Source of the DNA: an uncultured bacterium
GTDB lineage: Bacteria > Verrucomicrobiota > Verrucomicrobiia > Verrucomicrobiales > DEV007
Assembly (NCBI GenBank): GCA_963977015.1
Contig: CAXBMO010000013.1
Location: 116,897 to 180,896 of the forward strand
Reading direction: 5' to 3'
Length of the DNA stretch: 64,000 nucleotides
Position numbers and translations under genes: made by a program. The notes under the pieces were generated by a model. It had not been told where the DNA came from. It was given only the letters and a program-made list of their open reading frames with translations, and searched no databases. Positions 1 through 9,678 of the stretch are shown one piece after another (position 1 is the stretch's first letter; each line of letters opens with the position of its first letter).

Positions 1-724
1 AGTGCGCGGCGTGAAAGTGGGCTACTTCTTCAACCAACTCGGGAGCAATTTCGCCGGCACGATGAACCTCAAGCTTGGCGTCTGGATACTCCCGAGCGGT
101 CTTGTTGAGATGGCGTTTGAAGTTGCCTCGCGTTTTGCGAGGGAGCGATTTCAGAAACGCGTCCAGACTCTCCGGCATTTCGAGAACGGGACAGGCTGAA
201 TAGCATCGCTGATAGTGAAAAGTCCCGTCTTTCCAGAGATGCAGTCCCCTCATGGCCCCTGCCACCCAGGCCTGTTCCCGAACCTGGCTTAGTTCCAGGT
301 AAGTCCCGTTCCGCCGGGCCCAATTCAGGATCTCGCGGAGCAGTTCGGCGGCGCTGGCGGAATCGGCTGCGAGAAAATCCTGGTGATCGCCGACACCGTC
401 AGCGGCGAACCGCAGGCGACGTCCCTTTTGGTAGAGCGGAGCGATGCCAATGGTCTTACCGTCGCGCTGGAGGGAGAAAACCAGCATCTCATCATAAGCG
501 TGGGCGAAATGTCGATACCAACCGCGATTCCAACTGAAGCTTTGGAAGGGGCCGGAGACGGAGGATTGGGCCAGGGCGTTCCAGGCGGACTGAAGTCGAT
601 CGAGCCCGTTGAGGGAATGGGTCAGTTGAAAGGCTGGGGCCTCTCCGGCAAGGTGGTGCGAACGAGAGGCTGGAGCGACGGCCTCGGAGTTGAGTGGAGC
701 GAGTTGGGCAATTGAGAGTTCCAT
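1..724 (-). CDS. GNAT family acetyltransferase (CelD/BcsL-like, Acetyltransf_6), runs off the left edge of the window
   Basis: Not in the ORF track; translated by hand from ATG 724, open to position 2. Motifs LQSAWNAL, PFQSFSWNRGWYRHF, IGIAPLY, GDHQDFL and CPVLEMPESLDAFLKSLPRKTR are typical of the family. Confidence 0.8.
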   Translation of the reverse strand, partial: MELSIAQLAPLNSEAVAPASRSHHLAGEAPAFQLTHSLNGLDRLQSAWNALAQSSVSGPFQSFSWNRGWYRHFAHAYDEMLVFSLQRDGKTIGIAPLYQKGRRLRFAADGVGDHQDFLAADSASAAELLREILNWARRNGTYLELSQVREQAWVAGAMRGLHLWKDGTFHYQRCYSACPVLEMPESLDAFLKSLPRKTRGNFKRHLNKTAREYPDAKLEVHRAGEIAPELVEEVAHFHAAH

Positions 725-749
725 GTCAAATATGATGGAAATTATAGAA

Positions 750-778
750 AAGATAATCAGAGCTGAGAAAATTGGCAA
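750..778 (-). promoter_or_regulatory. Possible sigma70-type promoter of the acetyltransferase
   Basis: Minus strand TTGCCA-N17-TATCTT, 25 nt upstream of the ATG at 724. Confidence 0.35.
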
Positions 779-866
779 GCCTCGAGCTGTTTTTTCTTTC
801 TCAACCGGCTCTCCCCTTACTCAATTGCGGGTGGACCTGCACAAACTGCGGGCTTCGTCGGCCCGA

Positions 867-2336
867 CTATTTAAAGAATCCCTTCAGCAGGTCGGTTCCC
901 ATCTTGATCGCATCGTCTTTTGCTTTCATGGGATCACTCACCACGCCACGCCCAAAGTCCATCGCCGCGTCAATTCCGGCATCCCGCATTTGGGCAACCA
1001 AGTCATGGGTTGGTTCGCTGACCGTTCCGGAGACGTTGATATCCGTCCACAGGTAGCCATCGCGGGAATCCACAAATACGGTGCGCTCTGCTCCAGGAAT
1101 GAGTCGCAGGGTGCCGGGAACGATTCCGAGTTGAAGCACTCCCGAAAGATCCTTTCCTTCGATATCCAGACTGCCGGACAACTTTGCCAAACCGTCAGAT
1201 TGAAGATCAATATTTCGAATTTCGGTCCGACTTCCTTTTCGACTGAACTCGGCCGATCCTCCATCGCGAAGCGCGATTCTCCGAAAGCGGTCGTTTTTCG
1301 TGTAGGTGCCAAGGAGGTCGAGAACCGGTAGAGCTTCGATGACGCCTTTGTCCAGAGTAACGGTTCCCACCTGAATCGCTGATTCCATGTCATTGGGATC
1401 GCCTGTCATGGTGGCCTCAGCTTTCAGGTTTCCCTGGAGTCTGCGCTGCCAGGTATCAGCCACCAAGTCACGAATATCGAGGTCTGTTATATTCGCACGA
1501 AGAAGCATATCACCCTTGGCATCATCGCCGCCCATCTTGATATCACCTTCTACACGGAGTTTGGCATCGGACCCGAAACCGATATCCGCTTTTGATATGT
1601 AGAACTCGTTCTTCTCCAGATTCCAATTCAGATCGACTTCTTGAATCTTCAATTTTTCAGATCCGGTGCCTTGAATCGTGCCCCCGACGCTTTGAATTCG
1701 CAGCGAATTTTGAGCAGATGTCGGCGTGATGGTGGTTTGAATGCCGGTCGCCTGAAATTTTTCGTCCCCTTTTTCCCAGTAGAGATTCACATTCGAAATC
1801 CGCGTTGTATCGACTTCAATCTCTTTTGGCAACAGCGCCGCCAGCGCATTTGGTTCTCCCTCTTGGGCTGCCATCTCAACTTCCCGGCTTTTCTGATTCG
1901 CTTCGGCATAGGTACCGGGAAGTCGATTTTCGGATAACACGACATCGAGTTGGGAAACCGTGATCTCCGGGATCTTCCAGACTCCTCTCTTGAAATGTTC
2001 GGTGCTGAGGTCCAGCTGGGCGCGAACGCCTGCGACATCCAGTTTCGCGAACCCGGCGTCCTGGTAGCCTCGGGCTGTCAGGCGATCGGTAAATGCCGAC
2101 GAGTCTTGCCAGGTGACAGATTCAATTTGGCCTGCCGCTTTGAGATTCTCAGACAACACGTTGGCCAGCATTTCGCGGAATTTATCGCTTCGGACGTAGT
2201 TTTTGGCGGCGGAAAGGGCTCCAAAAACCACGATTACCAACGAGATAATGAAGACAGCCAGTCCAATTCCCGCTCCGGTGAAGAAATTCTTACTGACGTT
2301 GGATTTGGTGGCGGGGGTCGAACGGCGTCTGCTCAT
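867..2336 (-). CDS. Membrane-anchored AsmA-like beta-rich protein
   Basis: 489 aa ORF with one N-terminal TM helix followed by amphipathic beta-strand repeats. Confidence 0.6.
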   Translation of the reverse strand: MSRRRSTPATKSNVSKNFFTGAGIGLAVFIISLVIVVFGALSAAKNYVRSDKFREMLANVLSENLKAAGQIESVTWQDSSAFTDRLTARGYQDAGFAKLDVAGVRAQLDLSTEHFKRGVWKIPEITVSQLDVVLSENRLPGTYAEANQKSREVEMAAQEGEPNALAALLPKEIEVDTTRISNVNLYWEKGDEKFQATGIQTTITPTSAQNSLRIQSVGGTIQGTGSEKLKIQEVDLNWNLEKNEFYISKADIGFGSDAKLRVEGDIKMGGDDAKGDMLLRANITDLDIRDLVADTWQRRLQGNLKAEATMTGDPNDMESAIQVGTVTLDKGVIEALPVLDLLGTYTKNDRFRRIALRDGGSAEFSRKGSRTEIRNIDLQSDGLAKLSGSLDIEGKDLSGVLQLGIVPGTLRLIPGAERTVFVDSRDGYLWTDINVSGTVSEPTHDLVAQMRDAGIDAAMDFGRGVVSDPMKAKDDAIKMGTDLLKGFFK

Positions 2337-2418
2337 GTTCTCGAAAGGTTCGGTGGTCCATCATCCTGTCAAAGACTCGAAGGTTTTGCTAGCTCTTTGG
2401 CGAAAAGTTCCCTAAAAA

Positions 2419-4143
2419 TTGCGCACCGTGCTCGAACTCGAAAACATCCATTTTACGATAACGGCCGACGGCGAGGAGCGTCATTTGCTGGAAAAAGTAT
2501 CGATCAAAGTTCCCCGAGGTCACTTTATGGCAATTGTCGGCCCATCAGGTTGCGGAAAGTCGACGCTTTTGAAGACCGTTGCCGGAATCAATCTGGAAAG
2601 TGCTGGCGATATCAAGTGGGATGGAAGAAACCTGTCGGAAGACGGCGATCTGGAGCCCTGGGAGTTTGGTTATGTTCCTCAGTTCAGCATCGCCTACGAC
2701 GAGCTTACGGTGGAGGAAAGTATCGACAACGCGATCAAGCTCAAAGTGAAGACTCGGGGGCGTGGCGATATGGAGAAAATCGCGGACCGAATCATTGAGC
2801 AGGTGGGATTGGATGCGATTCGGGATAGTCGGGTTGCCGTCCTTTCCGGAGGTCAAAAACGTCGCCTGGGATTGGCGCTGGAAATGGCGACGAATCCTGA
2901 CCTGCTTCTCTGTGACGAGGTAACCAGTGGTCTGGACCCAAAAAGTGAAAACGAGATTGTTCAACTGCTTCACAAGCTCGCCAAAACCGACAATCGAATT
3001 GTAATTAGCGTAACCCACAGTTTGGGAAACCTTGACCTGTATGATTCTGTTCTGGTTCTTTATGAGGGAAAAGTGGTCTACCACGGCCCTCCTCGGGCGT
3101 TGAATCACTATTTTGGCGTCGGCGAGGCTGAAGATGTGTATCCTGCGTTGGCAAAACGTGAGTCCGAGGCGTGGCGAATTTCCTGGGAAAAGCACGCGGA
3201 AGCCTATTACCAGACCGTTCCCGGAATGATGGAAGGCCCGGTTATTCGAACCGAGGAGGAGCAGGCAGAGAGAAAGCAAAAGGCCAGAGGCCCTGGGTTT
3301 TTTAGCCAATTGGCGGTGTTGTCAGAGCGTCGCTGGAAGATCTTTTTTCGCGACAGAACCCAACTCTTTTTACAGATGGCGATGTTGGTGATTTTTCCGA
3401 TTATTGTCGTTCTGTTCGCCTTTGATGGTATTCCGGATTTGAAGCGGCCTTCTGATACGCGATCGAATAACCTCGAGGCAGAGATTCGCGAAGAACGGAT
3501 GATCACGGAGAACCGAATGGAGGTGGGTGGTCTTCTTTCCGGGTTGGTCATGTTTCAGGTTGTACTTTTGTCACTCATGGGGTCCAACAACTCGGCCCGG
3601 GAAATTGCCGGTGAACGCGAAATTTTCGAAAAGGAGAAACTCGGAGGGCTGAAGACGATGAGTTATTTGGGGAGCAAAGTGATGTTCCTCTCAGTTCTCG
3701 TCCTGGTGCAATCGTTGTGGATGTACCTTTTTGTTTCAGTGTTTGCCCAGATACCGAGTTTGGCGATCGCGCATGCCGCGATGCTGGTTCTCGTGAACGC
3801 CGGGATGACGGCGGTTTGTTTGGGCATTTCCGCGTCCATGAAATCCGCGGACCAGGCATCACTCCTCAGCATTTATCTCGTCGGATTTCAATTGCCCCTT
3901 TCCGGGGCCGTTCTCGCATTGCCCAAAATTCTTGAACCGGTGATCACACCGTTTATTTCCGCCTACTGGAGTTGGTCTGGAATCATCAAGTCTTTGGAAG
4001 GACGGTTTCTAACGGCTGCCGAGCAGGTCACGGAGGCCCATTTGAATGGATTGCCGATCTGCATTTTGGTCCTGGTTGCCCACCTGATGGTCGGGATGGT
4101 CATCGCCCTGATCGGGGCGAGCAAGGCCCGATGGGCGCACTGA
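2419..4143 (+). CDS. ABC transporter, fused ATP-binding and permease domains (ABCG/ABC-2 type)
   Basis: Walker A GPSGCGKS, signature LSGGQ, Walker B LLLCDE, six C-terminal hydrophobic segments. Exact start uncertain. Confidence 0.9.
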   Translation: MRTVLELENIHFTITADGEERHLLEKVSIKVPRGHFMAIVGPSGCGKSTLLKTVAGINLESAGDIKWDGRNLSEDGDLEPWEFGYVPQFSIAYDELTVEESIDNAIKLKVKTRGRGDMEKIADRIIEQVGLDAIRDSRVAVLSGGQKRRLGLALEMATNPDLLLCDEVTSGLDPKSENEIVQLLHKLAKTDNRIVISVTHSLGNLDLYDSVLVLYEGKVVYHGPPRALNHYFGVGEAEDVYPALAKRESEAWRISWEKHAEAYYQTVPGMMEGPVIRTEEEQAERKQKARGPGFFSQLAVLSERRWKIFFRDRTQLFLQMAMLVIFPIIVVLFAFDGIPDLKRPSDTRSNNLEAEIREERMITENRMEVGGLLSGLVMFQVVLLSLMGSNNSAREIAGEREIFEKEKLGGLKTMSYLGSKVMFLSVLVLVQSLWMYLFVSVFAQIPSLAIAHAAMLVLVNAGMTAVCLGISASMKSADQASLLSIYLVGFQLPLSGAVLALPKILEPVITPFISAYWSWSGIIKSLEGRFLTAAEQVTEAHLNGLPICILVLVAHLMVGMVIALIGASKARWAH

Positions 4144-4239
4144 CAGGAAATTTAACGTTTTCAAAACAGTTTAGGGAAATATACTCATTGAAAGGGCCTC
4201 TCCAAATCCCCGGACAACAACTTTTGCTACCATAAACAT

Positions 4240-4671
4240 ATGCCTCGTCGAGCCAGTTCAGGAATCAGCACCGGTCAAATCATTGGTCTCGTGGCCGGTG
4301 TCGTCTTCATTCTGGTCATCATGTTTGTGATGGCCTTGGTTCTGATGAAGGGAAACTTTCTGGGCGATGGTGAATCCCGGCCGCCGACAGCCAGCTCCGA
4401 GCTGAATTTGGATGACTACATGAACAACGCCAACTCGATGCGCGGAAACGCCTATCGGGTGACGGGGAAAGTGGAAGAACAGCTCAAGTGGACGCCTTCG
4501 CGTGGACGACTTTACAGTGTCACCGTGACCCAGGGGACTCGTTCTCCCATTCCAATTCTGATTCCCCAGAGTTTCAGCCATGTGAACATCGAGAAAGGCA
4601 GCGAATTCACTTTCGTCGTTGAGGTTGGCAATGACGGCGTCCTCATCGCTCGTGAAATCAAACAAGGTTAA
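4240..4671 (+). CDS. Membrane-anchored hypothetical protein (possible OB-fold)
   Basis: 143 aa with an N-terminal TM helix, then a beta-rich domain (YRVTGKVEEQL). Confidence 0.65.
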   Translation: MPRRASSGISTGQIIGLVAGVVFILVIMFVMALVLMKGNFLGDGESRPPTASSELNLDDYMNNANSMRGNAYRVTGKVEEQLKWTPSRGRLYSVTVTQGTRSPIPILIPQSFSHVNIEKGSEFTFVVEVGNDGVLIAREIKQG

Positions 4672-4687
4672 ACGCAGAAAAACACCC

Positions 4688-6616
4688 ATGAAAACCCGGC
4701 TTTATCTACTTCATACGGCAATCTTTGCTGCATCCGGCCTGGCGCTCCAGGCCCAAGTTTTCACCCCTCAATCGACCGGCGGAGGCCAACAAGGGGGAGG
4801 GAATTCCGGCGGACCTCAGAATACCACCACGGTGGTTACAGAGGACAACAGCAATCAAGGGGACCAGAACATCATGGGGAATGTTCTTCCCCTCTTCGAT
4901 CCTTCGTCCGAGACGATGATGTTCGAAGGTCAGATGTGGGACATCAACGACAACCGCGTCTTCAACGCGAGATTCGAAAAGTATCTGAATTCACCTCCCG
5001 CCATGAGCGAGGAAGATATCAAATATCGCGAAACGATTGCCGGCATTCGCGAAGCGCTGTCTCCCCATAATAAGCAGCGAGGCGGGCGTCCTGATATGCA
5101 GCGAGCCGTCGCTTTATTGGAGCAGGCTGCGCGTTTTAAGCAGGATTCGAGAATGTCGGAGTCGCTTGCCAATGCCATCTATCGAGTTTGGTTGGCCCGC
5201 AAAAGCGTGGGAAATCTGGAGAAAGCCAATGAACGCCTCCGCGAGGAACGGAAAGTGGCCGTGCGGAATTCAGAGATTATCGGCGAGGGAAGCAAGCTAA
5301 GTGGCTCAAGCAGCTCCAATGAAGAGGATGAGCAAGCCAAAGCGCAGGCGGGAGACACGGTTTCTCGACTTACGCTGCTGGGTGAAGAAGCGACCCGTTA
5401 TACCGAAATTCAGGCCAAAATCACGGCCAACGAAGGGAAAATCGCCATTTCCGATGTGCAAAGCCGGCTCGAATTTCAGTCATTGATCGTCCAGTTCTTT
5501 ATGCAGCGCCGTTTTGAGCATGTCATCATCGCCGCTCGGCTCTATACGGAGTTTTACTCAGATGGGGCAGGGAAAATTGATTTCAAGGAAGGGTCGGATG
5601 CCGAGAAAATGTTTAAGGAGACCGCTGGCTTTGATCCTACCGTAACGACGCTCGACACACTGGCAAATGAAGCCATTCAGGATACCAAAGACGCCGTTGA
5701 GGCGTTCAGCTATCTCATTGAGAAAGATGAGCGGGCAAGCGCGAGCAAGCGATTGATGGAGGGGTTTGTGGTCGGTGAGCACCTTCCCCCGATTCAAACG
5801 ATCTCATTGGAGAAGAAACAATCGATTCTCACATTCGTAAGAGCCTACAATCAGCTTTTGTCCTCGATCGAGGTCAAGGATTACGAATTGGCGGAAGAGA
5901 AAACGGACGAATTGCGCCAGTTAGCAGGTGATTTTGATCACTCCAAGCCGATGGCGGCCATCAATATCGCCAAAACCACCAGCAGTATGCATATCCAGAC
6001 GGCGGTGAATGCCGCGCTAACTGGGGATAAGGAGACTTTTCAGGAGAACATTGGAGCCGCGGCGCAGATTTGGCCGACCAATCCTGAATTGAAGCGGGCA
6101 TTTGATCAGACGAGTGAGATGAACAATGTCCAGATCCAAACGGTGAATGACCTGGATCGATTGATCGCAACGCGCAGTTTCCGGCAGATATACAACGACC
6201 AAGCCCGCTACATTGGTGCGGTGGGAATGACGAAAGACACGGAGCGTCAGGATGCGCTCAAGCAGATCATTGGGAATATCACCAAGATTGATATTGCCAT
6301 TCAACAGGCTCAAAAGCTGGAGCAGGTCGGGAATGCTTATGGTGCGTGGGAAACCGTGGAAGAGGTGTTCAAGGAGTTTCCAGATGATCCGCCACTGAGT
6401 AAGGCACGTTCAGATTACGCGACCCAAGTCGCCACTTTTGTCAGTGCCCTAAAGAAAGCCGAGGAACTGGAGGAGCGTGATCAACATGGGTCCAGTCTGG
6501 CATGGTTCCTGAAATCCAGACAAATGTATCCGGCCAGTTATTTTGCAGCCCAGGGAATCGGCCGACTCGTTGAAGAAGTTCTTCCCGATTCTACGGGTGG
6601 AACCGGTCTCGAGTAG
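4688..6616 (+). CDS. Large secreted alpha-helical hypothetical protein
   Basis: ATG 4688 gives a signal peptide (..ALQA) and a Gly/Gln-rich linker, followed by a helical, coiled-coil or TPR-like body. Confidence 0.75.
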   Translation: MKTRLYLLHTAIFAASGLALQAQVFTPQSTGGGQQGGGNSGGPQNTTTVVTEDNSNQGDQNIMGNVLPLFDPSSETMMFEGQMWDINDNRVFNARFEKYLNSPPAMSEEDIKYRETIAGIREALSPHNKQRGGRPDMQRAVALLEQAARFKQDSRMSESLANAIYRVWLARKSVGNLEKANERLREERKVAVRNSEIIGEGSKLSGSSSSNEEDEQAKAQAGDTVSRLTLLGEEATRYTEIQAKITANEGKIAISDVQSRLEFQSLIVQFFMQRRFEHVIIAARLYTEFYSDGAGKIDFKEGSDAEKMFKETAGFDPTVTTLDTLANEAIQDTKDAVEAFSYLIEKDERASASKRLMEGFVVGEHLPPIQTISLEKKQSILTFVRAYNQLLSSIEVKDYELAEEKTDELRQLAGDFDHSKPMAAINIAKTTSSMHIQTAVNAALTGDKETFQENIGAAAQIWPTNPELKRAFDQTSEMNNVQIQTVNDLDRLIATRSFRQIYNDQARYIGAVGMTKDTERQDALKQIIGNITKIDIAIQQAQKLEQVGNAYGAWETVEEVFKEFPDDPPLSKARSDYATQVATFVSALKKAEELEERDQHGSSLAWFLKSRQMYPASYFAAQGIGRLVEEVLPDSTGGTGLE

Positions 6617-6652
6617 CCCCGGATTCCAACTGGAATCAACCATTTGAGAACC

Positions 6653-6687
6653 CAAAAAAAAGGGAGCCAATATTGGCTCCCTTTTTG
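6653..6687. terminator. Bidirectional rho-independent terminator
   Basis: A-tract-GGGAGCCAAT/ATTGGCTCCC-T-tract between convergent genes. Confidence 0.8.
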
Positions 6688-6717
6688 GTAAAATGGTAAA
6701 ATGGTAGAATGGTTTAT
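6686..6717. repeat. Short 8-nt tandem repeat (TGGTAAAA-like, 3-4 copies)
   Basis: tggtaaaa tggtaaaa tggtagaa tggtttat. Confidence 0.6.
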
Positions 6718-6722
6718 CGAGA

Positions 6723-7175
6723 TCAGCCCTTAAAGAAGTAGCGGGTGCTCTTGAGCTTACCGCGCTTGCCGACAACGCCTTCTTCGAGAAGTTCTTTAAG
6801 TTTTTTGGCCGTCGTTTGATAGTGAACGCCAGACTTGTCACTAATCTCTTTCTGGGAAAGGCCATCTGCTCCAGCAGATTTAACCGTTTCGACCGTCCGG
6901 TTGGTAACGTCTTCGCTGCTCATGCGGGTTCTCTTACCGCGCTTCTTTGCAGCAGGTTTGGACTTAACAGTGGTAGGAGCAGCTTTTGGTGCTGCTGAGC
7001 GTGTCCCGCGTGAGGCAGGAACGGATACTCCACCCGCGGAATGAGCCAATGCTTGTTGCTGAGCAGCTTTCAGTTCAGCTTCGAGCAGATTCACACGGCG
7101 CTTGAGTAGGGCCGATAGCTCATTTTCTACGCGAGCGATGTCTTTGTCTAATTGAGCGATATCGCCAGTATTCAT
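6723..7175 (-). CDS. Small basic DNA-binding protein: coiled coil, Ala/Lys linker and C-terminal winged HTH
   Basis: Heptad N-terminus (IAQLDKDIARVENELSALL), KKRGKR linker, and GLSQKEISDKSGVHYQTTAKKLKELLEEGVV..STRYF wHTH pattern. Confidence 0.75.
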   Translation of the reverse strand: MNTGDIAQLDKDIARVENELSALLKRRVNLLEAELKAAQQQALAHSAGGVSVPASRGTRSAAPKAAPTTVKSKPAAKKRGKRTRMSSEDVTNRTVETVKSAGADGLSQKEISDKSGVHYQTTAKKLKELLEEGVVGKRGKLKSTRYFFKG

Positions 7176-7506
7176 ATTAGCGGTTGTTCCTCTAAATAGT
7201 CAGCTATGTCAATATGGTTTTTTATAATTAGAGTAAAACTGAGGGTGTTTACATAATTATCTAGGAATTATCTAAGATAACCTAATCAGAAGAGCCTGTT
7301 CACCTTGCGAAATTTTAGAATGAACGCAAACTGTTCAGTCGAACAGCTTTCCGGGGCAATTTTGAGGTTTACAAATGGAGATTCGGCCTTTAATTCCGCG
7401 CACTCGAGTCCAGACAACTGCCGTTGGTCCTTTGGGGGGAACGAAACAAATGAGTTTCGTTTCACGACTCGCCCAAAAGTAACCCGGCTTTCATCAGAAA
7501 ATACCT

Positions 7507-8586
7507 ATGCCTACTACACTTGCTCGCTTCGAGATGCCGAAGCACCTCGTCAAAGACGATGATACCGCGACCGATACCTACGCTCGCTTCACCGCCGAAC
7601 CTTTCGAAGGCGGATACGGTCACACCATTGGAAACTCCCTTCGACGAGTTCTTCTCTCCTCTCTGGAAGGTGCTTCCATCACTTCCGTCCGCATCGCCGG
7701 TGCCCCCCATGAGTTCACTTCGCTTCCCGGCGTCGTTGAAGATGTGACCGAGATCATTCTGAACCTGAAAAAGATCCGGTTTAAGCATTTCGAAAACAAA
7801 GATCCCGCGACGATGACCATTTCGGTCGACAAGCAGGGAGAAGTCACCGCTGCAGACATTCAAGAGGTCCAATATGAGATCATCAACAAAGATCAGGTGA
7901 TCTGCACGCTCGACCGCAAGACCAAATTTGAGGCCGATATTGAAGTTCGGGTAGGTCGCGGATTCAATACCAGCGAAGACAACAAATATCCGGAAATGCC
8001 AATCGGTGTTATCGCGATCGATTCCATTTTCTCTCCGGTTCAGCGCGTTCGCTACGGCGTTGAGGCAACCCGTGTTGGTCAGCGCACGGACTACGACAAG
8101 CTGGTTTTGGAGATGTGGACGGATGGTCGTGTTGAGCCTTCCGACGCGTTGCTTCAGGCTTCCGCAATTCTTCGCCATCACTTGGATGTCTTCGTTCACT
8201 ACGATGATGACTTGGTGAGCTTCATTGAAGAAAAAGACATCGATACCGAGGAAAACGCCGAGCTGAAGAAGCTTCTGAACATGAGCGTGAACGAGATCGA
8301 GCTGTCTGTTCGTGCTGCGAACTGCCTCAACAATGCTAATATCACGACCGTCGGCCAGTTGGCGATGAAGAGTGAGGCAGAAATGCTCAAATACCGCAAC
8401 TTCGGTAAGAAATCGCTCAACGAGATCAAGGAAAAGCTGGCCGAACTCGGTCTTTCCCTTGGGATGCAGTTCGATCCAGCCCTGTTGGAATCACCCTATC
8501 CAAGTCCGCTTTTGGGTGAGCCCAAGCCTCGCGCAGGCGGCTTGACCGATTTGATTGAAGGAAATCTTGCAAATTACGAAGACTAG
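7507..8586 (+). CDS. rpoA: DNA-directed RNA polymerase subunit alpha
   Basis: EPFEGGYGHTIGNSLRRVLLSS, HEFTSLPGVVEDV, ELSVRAANCL, RNFGKKSLNEIK. Confidence 0.99.
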   Translation: MPTTLARFEMPKHLVKDDDTATDTYARFTAEPFEGGYGHTIGNSLRRVLLSSLEGASITSVRIAGAPHEFTSLPGVVEDVTEIILNLKKIRFKHFENKDPATMTISVDKQGEVTAADIQEVQYEIINKDQVICTLDRKTKFEADIEVRVGRGFNTSEDNKYPEMPIGVIAIDSIFSPVQRVRYGVEATRVGQRTDYDKLVLEMWTDGRVEPSDALLQASAILRHHLDVFVHYDDDLVSFIEEKDIDTEENAELKKLLNMSVNEIELSVRAANCLNNANITTVGQLAMKSEAEMLKYRNFGKKSLNEIKEKLAELGLSLGMQFDPALLESPYPSPLLGEPKPRAGGLTDLIEGNLANYED

Positions 8587-8632
8587 GCTCGATTGACGCC
8601 CCGCTTAATTTCGATACCGATCACTTACTGTC

Positions 8633-9070
8633 ATGAGACACCGGCGTAAAACTGTTAAACTTCAACGCGATTCTGCCCATCGCCGTTCACTGCTTGCCAA
8701 CTTGGCCTGCAGCTTGATCGAGCACGGTCGCATTCGCACCACCTTGGCAAAAGCTAAAGCCCTTAAACCTGTGGCCGATAAGCTTGTGACACTTGGAAAG
8801 CGCAACGAACTTGCCAAGGAAAAGTCCAAGAATGGTTCTCCAAAGGTGACTCCGCAGACGCTTCATGCTCGTCGCCAGGCTCTCGCGTTTCTGCGTCAGG
8901 AGCAGGCCGTGAAGAAGTTGTTTGAGGATATTGCACCTGCTGCCGCTGGTCGTCAGGGTGGCTATACTCGAGTTGTGAAGCTGGGGCCACGCGCGAGCGA
9001 TTCGGCTCCCATGGCTTTTGTCGAGTGGGTGGATTCACCGGTTTCCGCTGGTGATTCCGACGACGATTAA
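8633..9070 (+). CDS. rplQ: 50S ribosomal protein L17
   Basis: MRHR..KL.R..AHR, IRTTLAKAK, GGYTRVVKLGPR..D.APMA; directly follows rpoA. Confidence 0.99.
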   Translation: MRHRRKTVKLQRDSAHRRSLLANLACSLIEHGRIRTTLAKAKALKPVADKLVTLGKRNELAKEKSKNGSPKVTPQTLHARRQALAFLRQEQAVKKLFEDIAPAAAGRQGGYTRVVKLGPRASDSAPMAFVEWVDSPVSAGDSDDD

Positions 9071-9100
9071 GCAAGGGGATCATTCCCAATCCTAATTTCG

Positions 9101-9138
9101 AAAAACGCGGTGTCCTTTACGGATGCCGCGTTTTTTTG
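9101..9138 (+). terminator. Rho-independent terminator after rplQ
   Basis: aaaaacgcggtgtcc-tttac-ggatgccgcg-ttttttt. Confidence 0.85.
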
Positions 9139-9199
9139 TGGTTGAGGAGGCTGTTCCGAAGGCAACGGAAACTACCGCCCTACCAACGAATGGTTCCGT

Positions 9200-9574
9200 T
9201 TAGCGACTGCTGATCGCATCCGTTACGATCGGCTTCGCCCGAATTGTTGCTGCGGGCGATGGTGCGCTGGCTGGAATTTTGATCTCTTCTTCGCCTTTGG
9301 TTGGCGAGTCTGCGCCCGACTGCTTGGAATCCTCCCGGGCAAGCGCGGCCGTTGCAATTTCGAGGGACGCGTCGCCTCCGACTGGAACGAGATCCTCTGG
9401 AGCCATTGGCTTGAGACTGGAGAGGTATCCAACGTTTTTGACGTTGGAGCTGAAGGAGCCCAGATAGCGGGGAGTCACCTCAAAATGCTTTGGCAATAGA
9501 TAAGTAGCCGTAATTAACCCTCCTGCTGCAACTGCATACATTGAGCCAATCCAAGGGTTTCGTTGCGAAGGCAT
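9200..9574 (-). CDS. Small hypothetical membrane-anchored protein
   Basis: 124 aa ORF with an N-terminal hydrophobic segment; no recognisable family. Confidence 0.45.
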   Translation of the reverse strand: MPSQRNPWIGSMYAVAAGGLITATYLLPKHFEVTPRYLGSFSSNVKNVGYLSSLKPMAPEDLVPVGGDASLEIATAALAREDSKQSGADSPTKGEEEIKIPASAPSPAATIRAKPIVTDAISSR

Positions 9575-9678
9575 TAAACAGGTTCCGAGCTACGATTAGG
9601 TTGCGAAGACGATAATTGAGAAAATGTTAGCAGGGCATCATTCAGACTGCCAGCCAATTTTCGCTTCGGTTCCGGCGA

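Noticed and set aside
2-715. Plus-strand ORFs 2..199 and 383..715
   Set aside because: They are shadows of the minus-strand acetyltransferase, which the track missed because it has no stop codon in the window.
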